The notes below the pieces were generated by a model. The model searched no databases and was not told the origin of the DNA. It was given only the letters and a program-made list of their open reading frames with translations. This document shows, one piece after another, positions 1-8,243 of a stretch of 29,568 nucleotides of DNA. Source of the DNA: Gemmatimonadales bacterium. Lineage in GTDB: Bacteria > Gemmatimonadota > Gemmatimonadetes > Gemmatimonadales > GWC2-71-9. The stretch lies in NCBI GenBank assembly GCA_035274025.1, contig DATEOL010000057.1, forward strand, positions 1 through 29,568, in the 5' to 3' direction. A program made the translations under genes and the position numbers. Position 1 is the first letter of the stretch, and every line of letters begins with the position of its first letter.

Positions 1-1
1 C

Positions 2-616
2 CGGTTCGACAAGATGATCTTCTGGGCCGCGGGCACCCAAGGCCCCCTGGCTCCTCCCGGCACCTACGCGGTCCGCGTAACGGCGGGGGAGAAGTCGGAG
101 ACCGTCCCGCTCACGCTGCTCAAGGATCCGCGAACGACCGCGACTGCCGCCGATCTCGATGAGCAGTTCGCGCTCGCGCTCCAGATCCGTGACAAGACCA
201 CCGAGGCCAACGACGCGGTGCGAACGATCCGCAACGTCAAGTCACAGCTTGGTGCGCGGCAGAAGGCGGCCGGCACCCGGGGCGTCGACCTGGACAAGCT
301 CGCCCGGTCATTCATTGCGGAGCTGTCGTCGGTGGAAGGCGAGATCTACCAGGTGAAGAACGAGAGCTCGCAGGATCCGCTCAACTTCCCAATCCGCCTC
401 AACAACAAGATTGCGGCGCTTGCCGGAGTCGTCGGCAGCGCCGAGGCGAAGGCCACCCGCCAGAGCGTGGAGGTATTCCGGATTCTTTCGGACTCGCTCG
501 CGATGCAGACCGGCAAGCTCAAGCGCGCGCTCGACAGCGGCCTGCCGCCGATCAACCGTGAGATCGAGAAGCTGGGACTGAAGGCGATCGTGCCCTCCAC
601 GGAGGAGGTCAAGTGA
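2..616 (+). CDS. C-terminal part of a large secreted BNR/VPS10-type (sortilin-like) glycosyl hydrolase family protein; 5' truncated by the window edge
   Basis: Frame is open from base 2 (RFDK-MIFWAAG...). GP..PPGTY.VR motif, then a long helical tail (DLDEQFALALQIRD...SSQDPLNFPIRLNNKIAAL) recalled from BNR-repeat hydrolases of Gemmatimonadota/Acidobacteriota. Confidence 0.6.
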   Translation, partial: RFDKMIFWAAGTQGPLAPPGTYAVRVTAGEKSETVPLTLLKDPRTTATAADLDEQFALALQIRDKTTEANDAVRTIRNVKSQLGARQKAAGTRGVDLDKLARSFIAELSSVEGEIYQVKNESSQDPLNFPIRLNNKIAALAGVVGSAEAKATRQSVEVFRILSDSLAMQTGKLKRALDSGLPPINREIEKLGLKAIVPSTEEVK

Positions 617-1683
617 TGCAGGCGAAGACAGCCTTCCTGTCTGCGGTCCTGGTGATGGGAGGTTGCAAGCCCCAGGCCCCGGTCGAATATCCGACGGCGG
701 ATTTTCCGCTGCCGACCGACACCGTCCTGACGCCTTACGTCAACGTTCCGGTCGGGACCTGGCTCGGCGGCACCCGTTGGGGCGTGGTGTCCAACGACGC
801 CGCCGAGGCGGCGATCGTGGATTTTTCCACCAAGTCGAAGCAGGCGCTCGGCAGCAAGAAGGCAGGGGGAACCGAGATCAGGAACCCGGTTTCGATCTTC
901 ATCTCCAGTGACACCATCTGGGTGACCGACTGGGCGCTCAGCCGCGCCACCCAGTGGACCCAGGCGGGGACTCCGGCCGGCTCGGTCCCTGCGCCGCCCG
1001 AGCTTCGGGGCGCGCTGCCCGTGATGCGCGACGCGGCGGGGCAGCTGTATTACGAGATCCGTGCCCCGGCACGTCGCGATGGCAGTGGGAATCGCGATTC
1101 AGCGGCGATCGTGCGCCAGGTGCCGACGACGGCGCGGTTCGACACGGTCGGTCGTCTCTCTCCGCTCGATCTCGCGGAGGTGAACGATGCCGCGGGCCGC
1201 CGTTTCGAGCGGCGGGTGTTCAGCGGAGTCGATCGCTGGGGTGTGCTCCGCGATGGGACCCTCTGGATCGCGCGGGTGTACCAGAATTTCGTCACCTGGA
1301 GCGACCCCTCGGGCAAGATGGTCAAGGGACCCGACTTGCCTGACCGCGTCATCGAAGTCACGCCCACCGATCGCGACCAGTTCATTTCCCAGTTCCCCGA
1401 GGAGCTTCGGTCGACCGCCGAGGGGCTTCCCTTCGCGCCCCTCAAGCCGCCGTTCGAGAACGCTCTCACCGCGCCCGATGGAGAGGTGTGGCTGGAGAAG
1501 AGCCGACCGGTGGTCGATTCGACGAGGACGTATCACCTGGTCGACCGGAAGGGCGGATTGCGCCGGGTCCTGGTGCTGCCGAGCCGGCAAGGGCACCTGA
1601 TCGCGGTGGGGGACACACTCGCGCTGGTGGCCGAGCAGTGGCGGCAGGGTGTGCGTTTGATGCAGGTCCGAATCCCACACTAG
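616..1683 (+). CDS. Lipoprotein, probable 6-bladed beta-propeller
   Basis: GTGATG overlap with the upstream stop; SD GGAGGAGG at 601-608; lipobox-like LVMGG-C; repeated propeller-like strands (SIFISSDTIWVTD, DAAGQLY, DGTLWIA, PDGEVWL). Confidence 0.65.
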   Translation: MQAKTAFLSAVLVMGGCKPQAPVEYPTADFPLPTDTVLTPYVNVPVGTWLGGTRWGVVSNDAAEAAIVDFSTKSKQALGSKKAGGTEIRNPVSIFISSDTIWVTDWALSRATQWTQAGTPAGSVPAPPELRGALPVMRDAAGQLYYEIRAPARRDGSGNRDSAAIVRQVPTTARFDTVGRLSPLDLAEVNDAAGRRFERRVFSGVDRWGVLRDGTLWIARVYQNFVTWSDPSGKMVKGPDLPDRVIEVTPTDRDQFISQFPEELRSTAEGLPFAPLKPPFENALTAPDGEVWLEKSRPVVDSTRTYHLVDRKGGLRRVLVLPSRQGHLIAVGDTLALVAEQWRQGVRLMQVRIPH

Positions 1684-1731
1684 TCCCATGAAATAGCATC
1701 ATCGTGCAGGTCAACATCCTGTCCTTGAATC

Positions 1732-1782
1732 GTGAAAGCGGTTCGTCTCCTCCTCCGGGCGAGCGAATCGCTTTCACTTTTT
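1732..1782 (+). terminator. Intrinsic terminator-like hairpin
   Basis: GTGAAAGCGGTTCG (1732-1745) pairs with CGAATCGCTTTCAC (1764-1777), 14 bp with one G-U, followed by TTTTT (1778-1782). Confidence 0.7.
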
Positions 1783-1798
1783 GTAAGGACATGTTGCC

Positions 1799-2203
1799 AT
1801 GCGACATCGATGGACCATAGCACTCTCCCTGGCACTGGCTCTTCCAACGCTCAATCAGGCTGAGCAGCCGGCCGCCCGGGCCCGGTCCGAGACACGTGTG
1901 TCGACGGTCATGCTGACCATCAAGCTCGACTCGGACATCAAGCTGCCCTCGAACTTCTCGCCCTCGTCGATCAAGGTGAAGGTCGGCAATGAAGAGCGGA
2001 TGCTCGATGACAACGACAAGGACGGAACCTGGCAGGCCGTGTTCGACTACCTGCTGCCCGGGCTCTATCCGGTGACGCTTGGCCTGCCTGACGGCGTCAG
2101 GGTCGAGACCGATCCAGCGCTTCCGATCGAGATCGAGGTCGAAGCGGGCAAGGACATCAACAAGGACATCACCCTCAAGTCGGTGACGACCATTATTCCG
2201 TAA
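1799..2203 (+). CDS. Secreted 134-aa protein; stand-alone paralog of the C-terminal domain of the downstream DUF4382 protein
   Basis: SD AAGGA, signal peptide (MRHRWTIALSLALALPTLNQA). Gapless 96-aa alignment to the C-terminus of 2436..3335 with 41 identities counted by hand. DNDKDG calcium-loop-like motif. Confidence 0.75.
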   Translation: MRHRWTIALSLALALPTLNQAEQPAARARSETRVSTVMLTIKLDSDIKLPSNFSPSSIKVKVGNEERMLDDNDKDGTWQAVFDYLLPGLYPVTLGLPDGVRVETDPALPIEIEVEAGKDINKDITLKSVTTIIP

Positions 2204-2204
2204 G

Positions 2205-2239
2205 CGGGAAGCAGGGAGTGGGACGCGGGAACAGGAAAA
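2205..2239 (+). repeat. Degenerate 7-bp tandem array just after the stop codon
   Basis: CGGGAAG CAGGGAG TGGGACG CGGGAAC AGGAAAA. Confidence 0.45.
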
Positions 2240-2241
2240 TT

Positions 2242-2310
2242 CGTAAGCCGCAGCCGATGGACCGTGGTAACTCCCCCCAGCCACGACCGTTGACTGCGGT
2301 TTACGCTTTT
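2242..2310 (+). terminator. Long hairpin with U-tract (terminator or structured leader)
   Basis: CGTAAGCCGCAGCCGATGGACCGTGG pairs with CCACGACCGTTGACTGCGGTTTACG (~26-bp stem, 2 mismatches, 1 bulge, 3 G-U); C-rich loop; followed by CTTTT. Confidence 0.55.
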
Positions 2311-2435
2311 CTCCCCCCCACACCTGACACTCATGCGAACATGATGCGCGGTGCCGACATGTCCTGATCCTCCGAGCCCGGGTCGTCTCCGGATCGGAGT
2401 GCATCGCAATCGAACTCTAGCAAGGACACGCTGCC

Positions 2436-3335
2436 ATGCGACGTACGTGGACAAGTATTGCCTGCCTGGCGTTGACAGTGATCGGGTGCAGTGACAGCAA
2501 TGACAACGGGTCGGAACCCAATGGTGAGACGACAAAAATCTCCCTGCTGCTCACCGACGCGCCCGGTGACGTTGAAACCGCCGTCGTGACGATCAGCGAG
2601 ATCTACCTGCAGGGCGGTCCGGATGGCCGCACCACGCTGCTCGACGATCCGATCACCGTGAACCTGGTCGACCTCGCCAACGAAACGACGGTGATCCTGA
2701 ATGACAAGGAGGTGAAACAGGGGACGTACGACGAGCTTCGTTTCGTGATCTCCGGTGCGTACCTCGAGGTCGCAACCGAGAATGGGAGTGAGATCTTCGC
2801 CTCATCGCCCGATTACGCCGGACTGCCGCAGGGCGCCGTCGTCTCCGGTGACCTCCAGATGCCGAGCCTCGGAACGTCCGGTCTCAAAGTCAACTTCGGC
2901 GACCCGCTCACCTTCACCGAAGAGGAGCAGACGCTGCTGGTCGATTTCGACGTCTCGCAGAGCTTCGGGCACCAGGCTGGAAATTCCGGCAAGTGGGTCA
3001 TGCATCCGGTCGTCAACGGTGCGTCGGCGACCCAGGCGGCGTCGGTGACGGTCTCGGTGAACCTGGCCGCGGGTGTGACGCTGCCGACCACGACTTCGCT
3101 GGCCGCGTTCAAGGTGAAGGTGGGCGGTGAGGAAATGACCTTGACTGATGCCAACTCGGACGGGACGTACGAGGCGACGTTCGAGTTCCTGCTTCCGGGG
3201 ACCTACGCGGTGTCGCTGGTCCTGCCGGCCGGCATCACGATCGGAACCGACCCGGTCCTTCCGGTCGACCTGGAGCTGGATGCGGGTGAGGCGGCGACAC
3301 AATCGATCAGCATCACTTCAGTAACCGTGCAGTAG
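2436..3335 (+). CDS. DUF4382 domain lipoprotein with a C-terminal Ig-like/carboxypeptidase-regulatory-like domain
   Basis: Lipobox TVIG-C; DUF4382 hallmarks LLTDAPGD, Y.ELRF, SG.KV, LLVDFDVSQSF, W.MHPV. Confidence 0.8.
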   Translation: MRRTWTSIACLALTVIGCSDSNDNGSEPNGETTKISLLLTDAPGDVETAVVTISEIYLQGGPDGRTTLLDDPITVNLVDLANETTVILNDKEVKQGTYDELRFVISGAYLEVATENGSEIFASSPDYAGLPQGAVVSGDLQMPSLGTSGLKVNFGDPLTFTEEEQTLLVDFDVSQSFGHQAGNSGKWVMHPVVNGASATQAASVTVSVNLAAGVTLPTTTSLAAFKVKVGGEEMTLTDANSDGTYEATFEFLLPGTYAVSLVLPAGITIGTDPVLPVDLELDAGEAATQSISITSVTVQ

Positions 3336-3339
3336 GACG

Positions 3340-5481
3340 TCAAAACTCCGAGTAGACGCCGAGGCTCCACTGCCTCGGCGCACCCGGCGTCCGCTCCTGC
3401 ACGTCGGTGTAGAACGTGTTGAAGAGGTTGCGGACGCCGGCCAGGAAGGTGAGTCCGAACGCCTGATATGCGCCCCGCAGGTCGAGCGTGAAGATGCTGC
3501 CGCGCGGGTCCAGCGGATATCCGATTACTTCGTCCACCCGACTCCGGTACCGCACGTCGACAGCCGCGAGCCCCCGCAGGGCGGTCACGGTGCCGGTCAC
3601 GTTGTGCTGGGAGCGATAGGGAAGCGCCTTGCCCGTCCCGAGGTCCTCGCTGTCGAGGAACAGGTAATTGGCCTCGACGTCGATCACGCCCGGCACCACC
3701 GTGGCTCGCGCCCCGACATCGAGGCCGAGGACGCGGGCGCGACTCACGTTCTGGAACTGGAAGACGAGGATTTGGTCCGGTGCGGCGGCTGGGGCAATCA
3801 GGTCTTCGTACCGGCTGCCGAAGAGCGCGCCGTCGATCCGGAGGGCCGACCAGGGGTACGTCGTGACGCCCACCTCACCCGACCACGCGTGCTCGCCCCG
3901 GAGCTCGGGATTGGGAACCACCTGGAAACCGTACTGCCTCGTCGATACGAACTGTTCGATTGCGCTCGGCGCCCGGTAGCCGCGGGCAATCGACGCGCGG
4001 AAGTTGGTGGCGGTCCCCGCGGCGTACGCGAGGCTCACCTTCGGATTGATTGTGGTCTCCGGCTCTCCACCGGTCGCGGAGTGGAAATCGGCGCGAAGAC
4101 CGAGCGTTCCCTTGAGCTTGTTCGAGAGCGCGATCTCGTCCTGGGCGAACCCGGCGACGTCGGTGATGGCCGGCTCGCCGATGAAGTTCGACCGCACCGT
4201 GGTCCAGGATCCGTCCCCGCCCGTCGTGATGGCGTGGGCGCTTCCCCGCGGAAGCCAGGAAAGCTGGGCGCTGCCGCCCCCGCGAAAGGCCTCGTGCCAG
4301 TCGGTGTTGTCATGGAAGGCGTTCCGGTTCTCGTTCCAGTTGAGGTACGGACTGATCCGGACCACCAGCTGGTCGCGTGAGACCGGCGTGAAGGTTCCCC
4401 CGGTGAGTACCTGGGAGTACACCGAGCGATCACCCAGCTCCGCGGGAGTCACCTGGTAGGGCGTGCTGGCGTCGTTCCAGGTGAAGAACTCGTCTTCGTC
4501 GAGGCGTGACCACACTGCATACGCGTCCCACGGATGCGTTGCGCCGGCGTTCGAGCCGAGCTTGAGGCGCGCGGCCCAGAAGCCGGAGCGGCCGTTCTCG
4601 GTGAAGCCGTCCGATCCTTCCCGCTGCAGCGCAATGCGTACGCCGGTGCCGCCGATGCGACGGCCATGCTGCAGCGTCACACCCTGCTGGTTGAGGGTGT
4701 GGTTGGTGAACTCGTATTGCGACTGGGTGTTCCAGACCCCGCCGTGGAGCAGGACCGTGGTGCGCGGACGTTCGTCGACCGGCTTGGTCACCAGGTTCAC
4801 CACACCGCCCAGCGCATTGCTGCCGTAGAGGGCCGAGTAGGCGCCCTTCACCACCTCGACCTGGTCGAGGTCGAGCAGGGGGAGCGATTCCCAGATCACC
4901 TCGCCGCCGTCGGCGGAGAGGGCCGGGTGCCCGTCCAGCAACATCAGGACGCGGCTCCCCACGCCGCGCGCGAATCCGGTCGATCCGCGGATGTCGACGT
5001 TGTCGCGGCCGTTGAACGTCACGCCGGAGACGAACGGAAGGGCCTGGTCCAGGGTCACGACATTGCGCTGGATCGCCGCGTCCCCAGGCAGGATCGCGAC
5101 GCTCGCCTCGGCGCGGTCGAGCTCCTCGACCCGCCGGTTCGCGGTCACCATCAGGCCAGGGAGCTCGAGCGGCGCGGGGCGAAGCGAGACCTCGAGCTCG
5201 CCGGGCGCGCCCCCGACTTCGACCGTCACGGAGTCGGGAAGGAATCCGACCGCGGCGGCGAGGATCGTTCGCGATCCCCGGTCCAGCGCGCGGATGACGA
5301 AGCGGCCCGATGAATCGGCGGTGGCGGAGAGAAGCGATCCCCGGACCCGCACCAGCGCGCCCGGTATTCCCTGACCCGTGGCGGCGGCGCGGATACGACC
5401 TGCGACGACCCCGTCTCCGCTCTGGGCGAAGACGGGGTGGACGGAGAGCAGCAGCGCGAGCCCCGCGAGGAGAACGCGCAT
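3340..5481 (-). CDS. TonB-dependent outer membrane receptor with N-terminal carboxypeptidase-regulatory-like domain
   Basis: True start likely MRVLLAGL (5481) with a signal peptide; plug motifs (DIRGS, VLMLLDG, QVEVVKGAYSALYGSNALGGVVNLVT); YRAPS, NLFN..Y and C-terminal Phe. Confidence 0.9.
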   Translation of the reverse strand: MRVLLAGLALLLSVHPVFAQSGDGVVAGRIRAAATGQGIPGALVRVRGSLLSATADSSGRFVIRALDRGSRTILAAAVGFLPDSVTVEVGGAPGELEVSLRPAPLELPGLMVTANRRVEELDRAEASVAILPGDAAIQRNVVTLDQALPFVSGVTFNGRDNVDIRGSTGFARGVGSRVLMLLDGHPALSADGGEVIWESLPLLDLDQVEVVKGAYSALYGSNALGGVVNLVTKPVDERPRTTVLLHGGVWNTQSQYEFTNHTLNQQGVTLQHGRRIGGTGVRIALQREGSDGFTENGRSGFWAARLKLGSNAGATHPWDAYAVWSRLDEDEFFTWNDASTPYQVTPAELGDRSVYSQVLTGGTFTPVSRDQLVVRISPYLNWNENRNAFHDNTDWHEAFRGGGSAQLSWLPRGSAHAITTGGDGSWTTVRSNFIGEPAITDVAGFAQDEIALSNKLKGTLGLRADFHSATGGEPETTINPKVSLAYAAGTATNFRASIARGYRAPSAIEQFVSTRQYGFQVVPNPELRGEHAWSGEVGVTTYPWSALRIDGALFGSRYEDLIAPAAAPDQILVFQFQNVSRARVLGLDVGARATVVPGVIDVEANYLFLDSEDLGTGKALPYRSQHNVTGTVTALRGLAAVDVRYRSRVDEVIGYPLDPRGSIFTLDLRGAYQAFGLTFLAGVRNLFNTFYTDVQERTPGAPRQWSLGVYSEF

Positions 5482-5488
5482 CAATTCG

Positions 5489-5872
5489 CTATTGCTTGAG
5501 CCACGTGCTGCGGATGCGGATCCCTGACGCCGTAAGGTCGGTGCTGAAGCTGTTGCCGTTCTGGGTGTAGGTCCCGGTGGCCTGCCCCAGGGTTCCGCTC
5601 TGGGAGAACTGGTTGCCGTTCGTGGTGTAGGTGCCCTGGTCGACCACGGCCGGCTGGCCACCAATGTTGATCGCCACGTTGTACGTGGTCGCGGTGAGCA
5701 CGAGCGTCCCGGTGGCAAGCGGCGGCGTCACCGGCTGGGTTTCACCCTGCTGGAACGACTGCAGCGAGTAGGTGCCCGAGAGATCGGTGGAGGGACCCGT
5801 TTCATCGTCATCCGAGCAGGCCATGAGAGCCACCGCGGCAAGCGCCGCGATCAGCGTACGGCGGAGCATCAT
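5489..5872 (-). CDS. Small all-beta (lipocalin-like) lipoprotein, co-oriented 7 bp upstream of the TonB receptor
   Basis: Lipobox ALMA-C; 'LSGTYSLQS' first-strand motif typical of lipocalin-like domains; internal repeat GTYT.NGN.FS twice. Confidence 0.65.
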   Translation of the reverse strand: MMLRRTLIAALAAVALMACSDDDETGPSTDLSGTYSLQSFQQGETQPVTPPLATGTLVLTATTYNVAINIGGQPAVVDQGTYTTNGNQFSQSGTLGQATGTYTQNGNSFSTDLTASGIRIRSTWLKQ

Positions 5873-5906
5873 TCAGGTTCCGAGTGGGAGGTGCGGGGAA
5901 GATAGC

Positions 5907-5984
5907 ATCTGGCGATCCGGCGATCTAGCGACCTGGCCATCGTACTTCTGATCGGGAGATCGCCAGATCTCCAGATCGCGAGAT
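5907..5984. repeat. Converging 8-bp tandem arrays forming an imperfect palindrome
   Basis: ATCTGGCG ATCCGGCG ATCTAGCG ACCTGGCC (5907-5938) versus CGCCAGAT CTCCAGAT CGCGAGAT (5961-5984); CGCCAGAT is the reverse complement of ATCTGGCG. Confidence 0.75.
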
Positions 5985-5985
5985 G

Positions 5986-6672
5986 TCACTCCGGTGGTGG
6001 CGCCGAGGGAGGGGGCCGCCTCCGGCCTTCCTCGTACCACCGCCGGGTGATCTCCCCGGCCAGCTCCCGGTTCCCCAGCCCGAAGGCGAGACCGAACGCG
6101 AGCGCCACGGCGCCGAGGATGAGCGTGAACGCCGAGGTGACGATGTCGCCCGCGACGCCGACCTGTTGCAGCGCCATGAAGATCGCGATCAGGATCACCG
6201 CGGTCTTGGCCACCTTGGCGAGCGTGGGAACGCCCTCGACGTTGCCCGCGGAGGCGAGCACGATGGCGCGCACGAATTCACCCACGATCATGCCGAGGAT
6301 GACGATGATGAGCGCGGCGATGATGGTCGGGATGTAGGAGAGCATCATGCCGAACATCTGGTTGATGCTCTCGAGCCCGAGCGCGGTCGCGGAGAGCAGG
6401 ATCACCACCAGCATCACGAGCCAGAAGAGCAGCTTGCCGATCGCGTGGACCGGGTCGAGGTGGGTGCCGGCGCGCTCCATCGCCTCGGTGAGCCCACCCG
6501 CCTGGGCGACCTTGTTGAACTCCATCCGCTTGAGCAGGTGGTCGGTCCACTTCTCGACCTGCCGGGCGAGGAAATACCCGGTGAGCAGGATGACGCCCGC
6601 GCCGATGAGCGCCGGCACGATCGTGCCGAGCGATTCGGCGCCCGCAAGCATGCGCTGCCAGAGTTCGTTCAT
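5986..6672 (-). CDS. MscS/CmpX-like small membrane protein (TM_helix repeat family)
   Basis: Two copies of 'P.LIGA.VIL..G' / 'PTIIAALIIVILG'; C-terminal A.GLAFGLG.RE.A typical of this family. Confidence 0.7.
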   Translation of the reverse strand: MNELWQRMLAGAESLGTIVPALIGAGVILLTGYFLARQVEKWTDHLLKRMEFNKVAQAGGLTEAMERAGTHLDPVHAIGKLLFWLVMLVVILLSATALGLESINQMFGMMLSYIPTIIAALIIVILGMIVGEFVRAIVLASAGNVEGVPTLAKVAKTAVILIAIFMALQQVGVAGDIVTSAFTLILGAVALAFGLAFGLGNRELAGEITRRWYEEGRRRPPPSAPPPE

Positions 6673-7703
6673 GAGTTGACCTCGATCACGATCTTGCCGA
6701 GCTGTTTGCCTTCAGCCAGCCGGGCGAACGCGCTGGCACCCTCGGCCAGCGGAATGACGCTGTCGACGACGGGACGCAGCAGGCCGCGCTCTCCGAGGGC
6801 GACGATTTCACGGAATTCCCGGTCATTCCCCATGGTGGAGCCCATGATGTTCCATTGGAACCAGAAGAGTTTCCGGATATCGAGCGAAACGTGGGGGCCC
6901 GTGGTCGCGCCGCAGGTCACCAGCCGGCCCATCGGCCGGAGCGCCTTAAGCGAGGATTCCCAGGTCTTTTCGCCCACGCAGTCGAGCACCACGTCGGCCC
7001 CAACCCCGGTCAGGTTCCGCACGTCGCGGGCCACATCGGCGGTCCCGTGATTGAGCAGGACGTCGGCCCCAAGTCGCTGTGCCACTTCGAGTTTGGCGTC
7101 CGAGGAACTGGTCGCCACCACCCGCGCCCCGATCAACCTCGCGATTTGCACGGCGGCGAGGCCCACTCCGCCACCGATTCCCCAGATCAGGATCGTCTCG
7201 CCGGCCCGGAGCTGGGCCCGGGTGGTCAGCATCCGCCACGTCGTCAGGGTGGCCAGCGGAAACGCAGCCGCCTCGGCCCAGGACCAATCGGTCCCGATCT
7301 TCGCGACGTTGGCCTCCGGGACCACCACGAACTCGCCGGCCGTGCCCTCGATGTGCTCGCCGAGAATCCGGTATTTCCGGCACAGTGGCTGTTCTCCGGA
7401 GCGACAGGCCGCGCAACGACCGCAGGAAATCCCTGGATTCAGGAGGACGCGGTCACCCGGCTTGACCGCGGTGACCGCCGATCCCACCTCGTCCACTACA
7501 CCGGCGCCGTCGGAGCCAAGGACGTGGGGGAAATCGTAGTGGGCCTTGGGCAGCCCCCGGAGGACGAAGAGGTCGATCCGGTTGAGCGCCGCGGCGTGGA
7601 TCCGTACCCGGACATCATCAGGGGACCGGACGGCCGGAGTGGGTGCCTCGACGGGCTCGATCTGCTCGAGACCGCCGAAACCCTTCATGGCGAGGGCCCT
7701 CAT
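6669..7703 (-). CDS. Zinc-binding MDR-family dehydrogenase/quinone oxidoreductase
   Basis: Start MRALAMKGFGG (7703); LGSDGAGVV, structural-Zn CGRCAAC..G....C, GIGGGVG Rossmann motif, GK..GKIVI. Catalytic Cys position appears as Asn (ALNRID). Confidence 0.85.
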   Translation of the reverse strand: MRALAMKGFGGLEQIEPVEAPTPAVRSPDDVRVRIHAAALNRIDLFVLRGLPKAHYDFPHVLGSDGAGVVDEVGSAVTAVKPGDRVLLNPGISCGRCAACRSGEQPLCRKYRILGEHIEGTAGEFVVVPEANVAKIGTDWSWAEAAAFPLATLTTWRMLTTRAQLRAGETILIWGIGGGVGLAAVQIARLIGARVVATSSSDAKLEVAQRLGADVLLNHGTADVARDVRNLTGVGADVVLDCVGEKTWESSLKALRPMGRLVTCGATTGPHVSLDIRKLFWFQWNIMGSTMGNDREFREIVALGERGLLRPVVDSVIPLAEGASAFARLAEGKQLGKIVIEVNS

Positions 7704-7704
7704 G

Positions 7705-7739
7705 AGTTCTCGGTTCTCGGGTGCGGGGTGCGGGTTCGT
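7705..7739 (-). repeat. 7-bp tandem array directly upstream of the dehydrogenase start codon
   Basis: + strand AGTTCTC GGTTCTC GGGTGCG GGGTGCG GGTTCGT. Confidence 0.55.
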
Positions 7740-7742
7740 CAA

Positions 7743-7769
7743 CTTGCAGAAGTTGATCGGTGCTGCAAG
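7743..7769. promoter_or_regulatory. Candidate regulator-binding palindrome in a divergent promoter region
   Basis: CTTGCAG-N13-CTGCAAG, perfect 7-bp inverted repeat. Confidence 0.35.
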
Positions 7770-7854
7770 ATATATGGCGTTCATGTCCGAGGCCTCGTGG
7801 CCTCGCCCCCGCGCGGCGGGGTCTGCCGCGGTTCCCGCCGGAGGTAAGGACGCA

Positions 7855-8238
7855 ATGCCTCAATTCCTCAATCTGGAAATGGGTTGGTCTGGTCAGGGGT
7901 GGATGGACCCGATGCCTTCGACGCCTCCCCCTCCGCCCCCGGCGCCCGAGCCTGCACCCGCGCCGAAGCCAAGCAGGTCGAAAGCGGCCCTGGTTGCTGC
8001 CACCGTGCTCGTGGCGGAAGAAGCCGCCGTCGGGGCCGTCAAGCGAGCAGTCCGGAAGGTCGTCCGGAAGGCCAAGTCGGCGGTTCGTCGGGCCAAGGCC
8101 AAGCGGGCGGTCAAGAAGGTCGTGAAGAATGTGAAGAACCGGAGCGCGGTCAGGAAGACGAAGAGGGCCGTGAAGAAGGCAAAACGGTCGGTAAAGAAGG
8201 CGGTCCGTAAAGCCAAACGCGCCGCGCGGAAGAAATAG
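7855..8238 (+). CDS. Histone-H1-like Lys/Arg/Ala/Val-rich basic protein (127 aa)
   Basis: SD GGAGGT/AAGGA before ATG 7855; Pro-rich linker; last 65 aa contain 34 K/R and no acidic residue; own terminator follows. Confidence 0.75.
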   Translation: MPQFLNLEMGWSGQGWMDPMPSTPPPPPPAPEPAPAPKPSRSKAALVAATVLVAEEAAVGAVKRAVRKVVRKAKSAVRRAKAKRAVKKVVKNVKNRSAVRKTKRAVKKAKRSVKKAVRKAKRAARKK

Positions 8239-8243
8239 TCGCG

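Noticed and set aside
5482-5718. 79-aa N-terminal extension of the TonB receptor ORF
   Set aside because: Overlaps the lipoprotein gene in another frame; the signal peptide starts at Met 5481.
7805-7845. Alternative GC-rich hairpins next to the SD of the H1-like gene (riboswitch or thermometer?)
   Set aside because: Short GC stems are expected by chance at this GC content; no recognisable aptamer.
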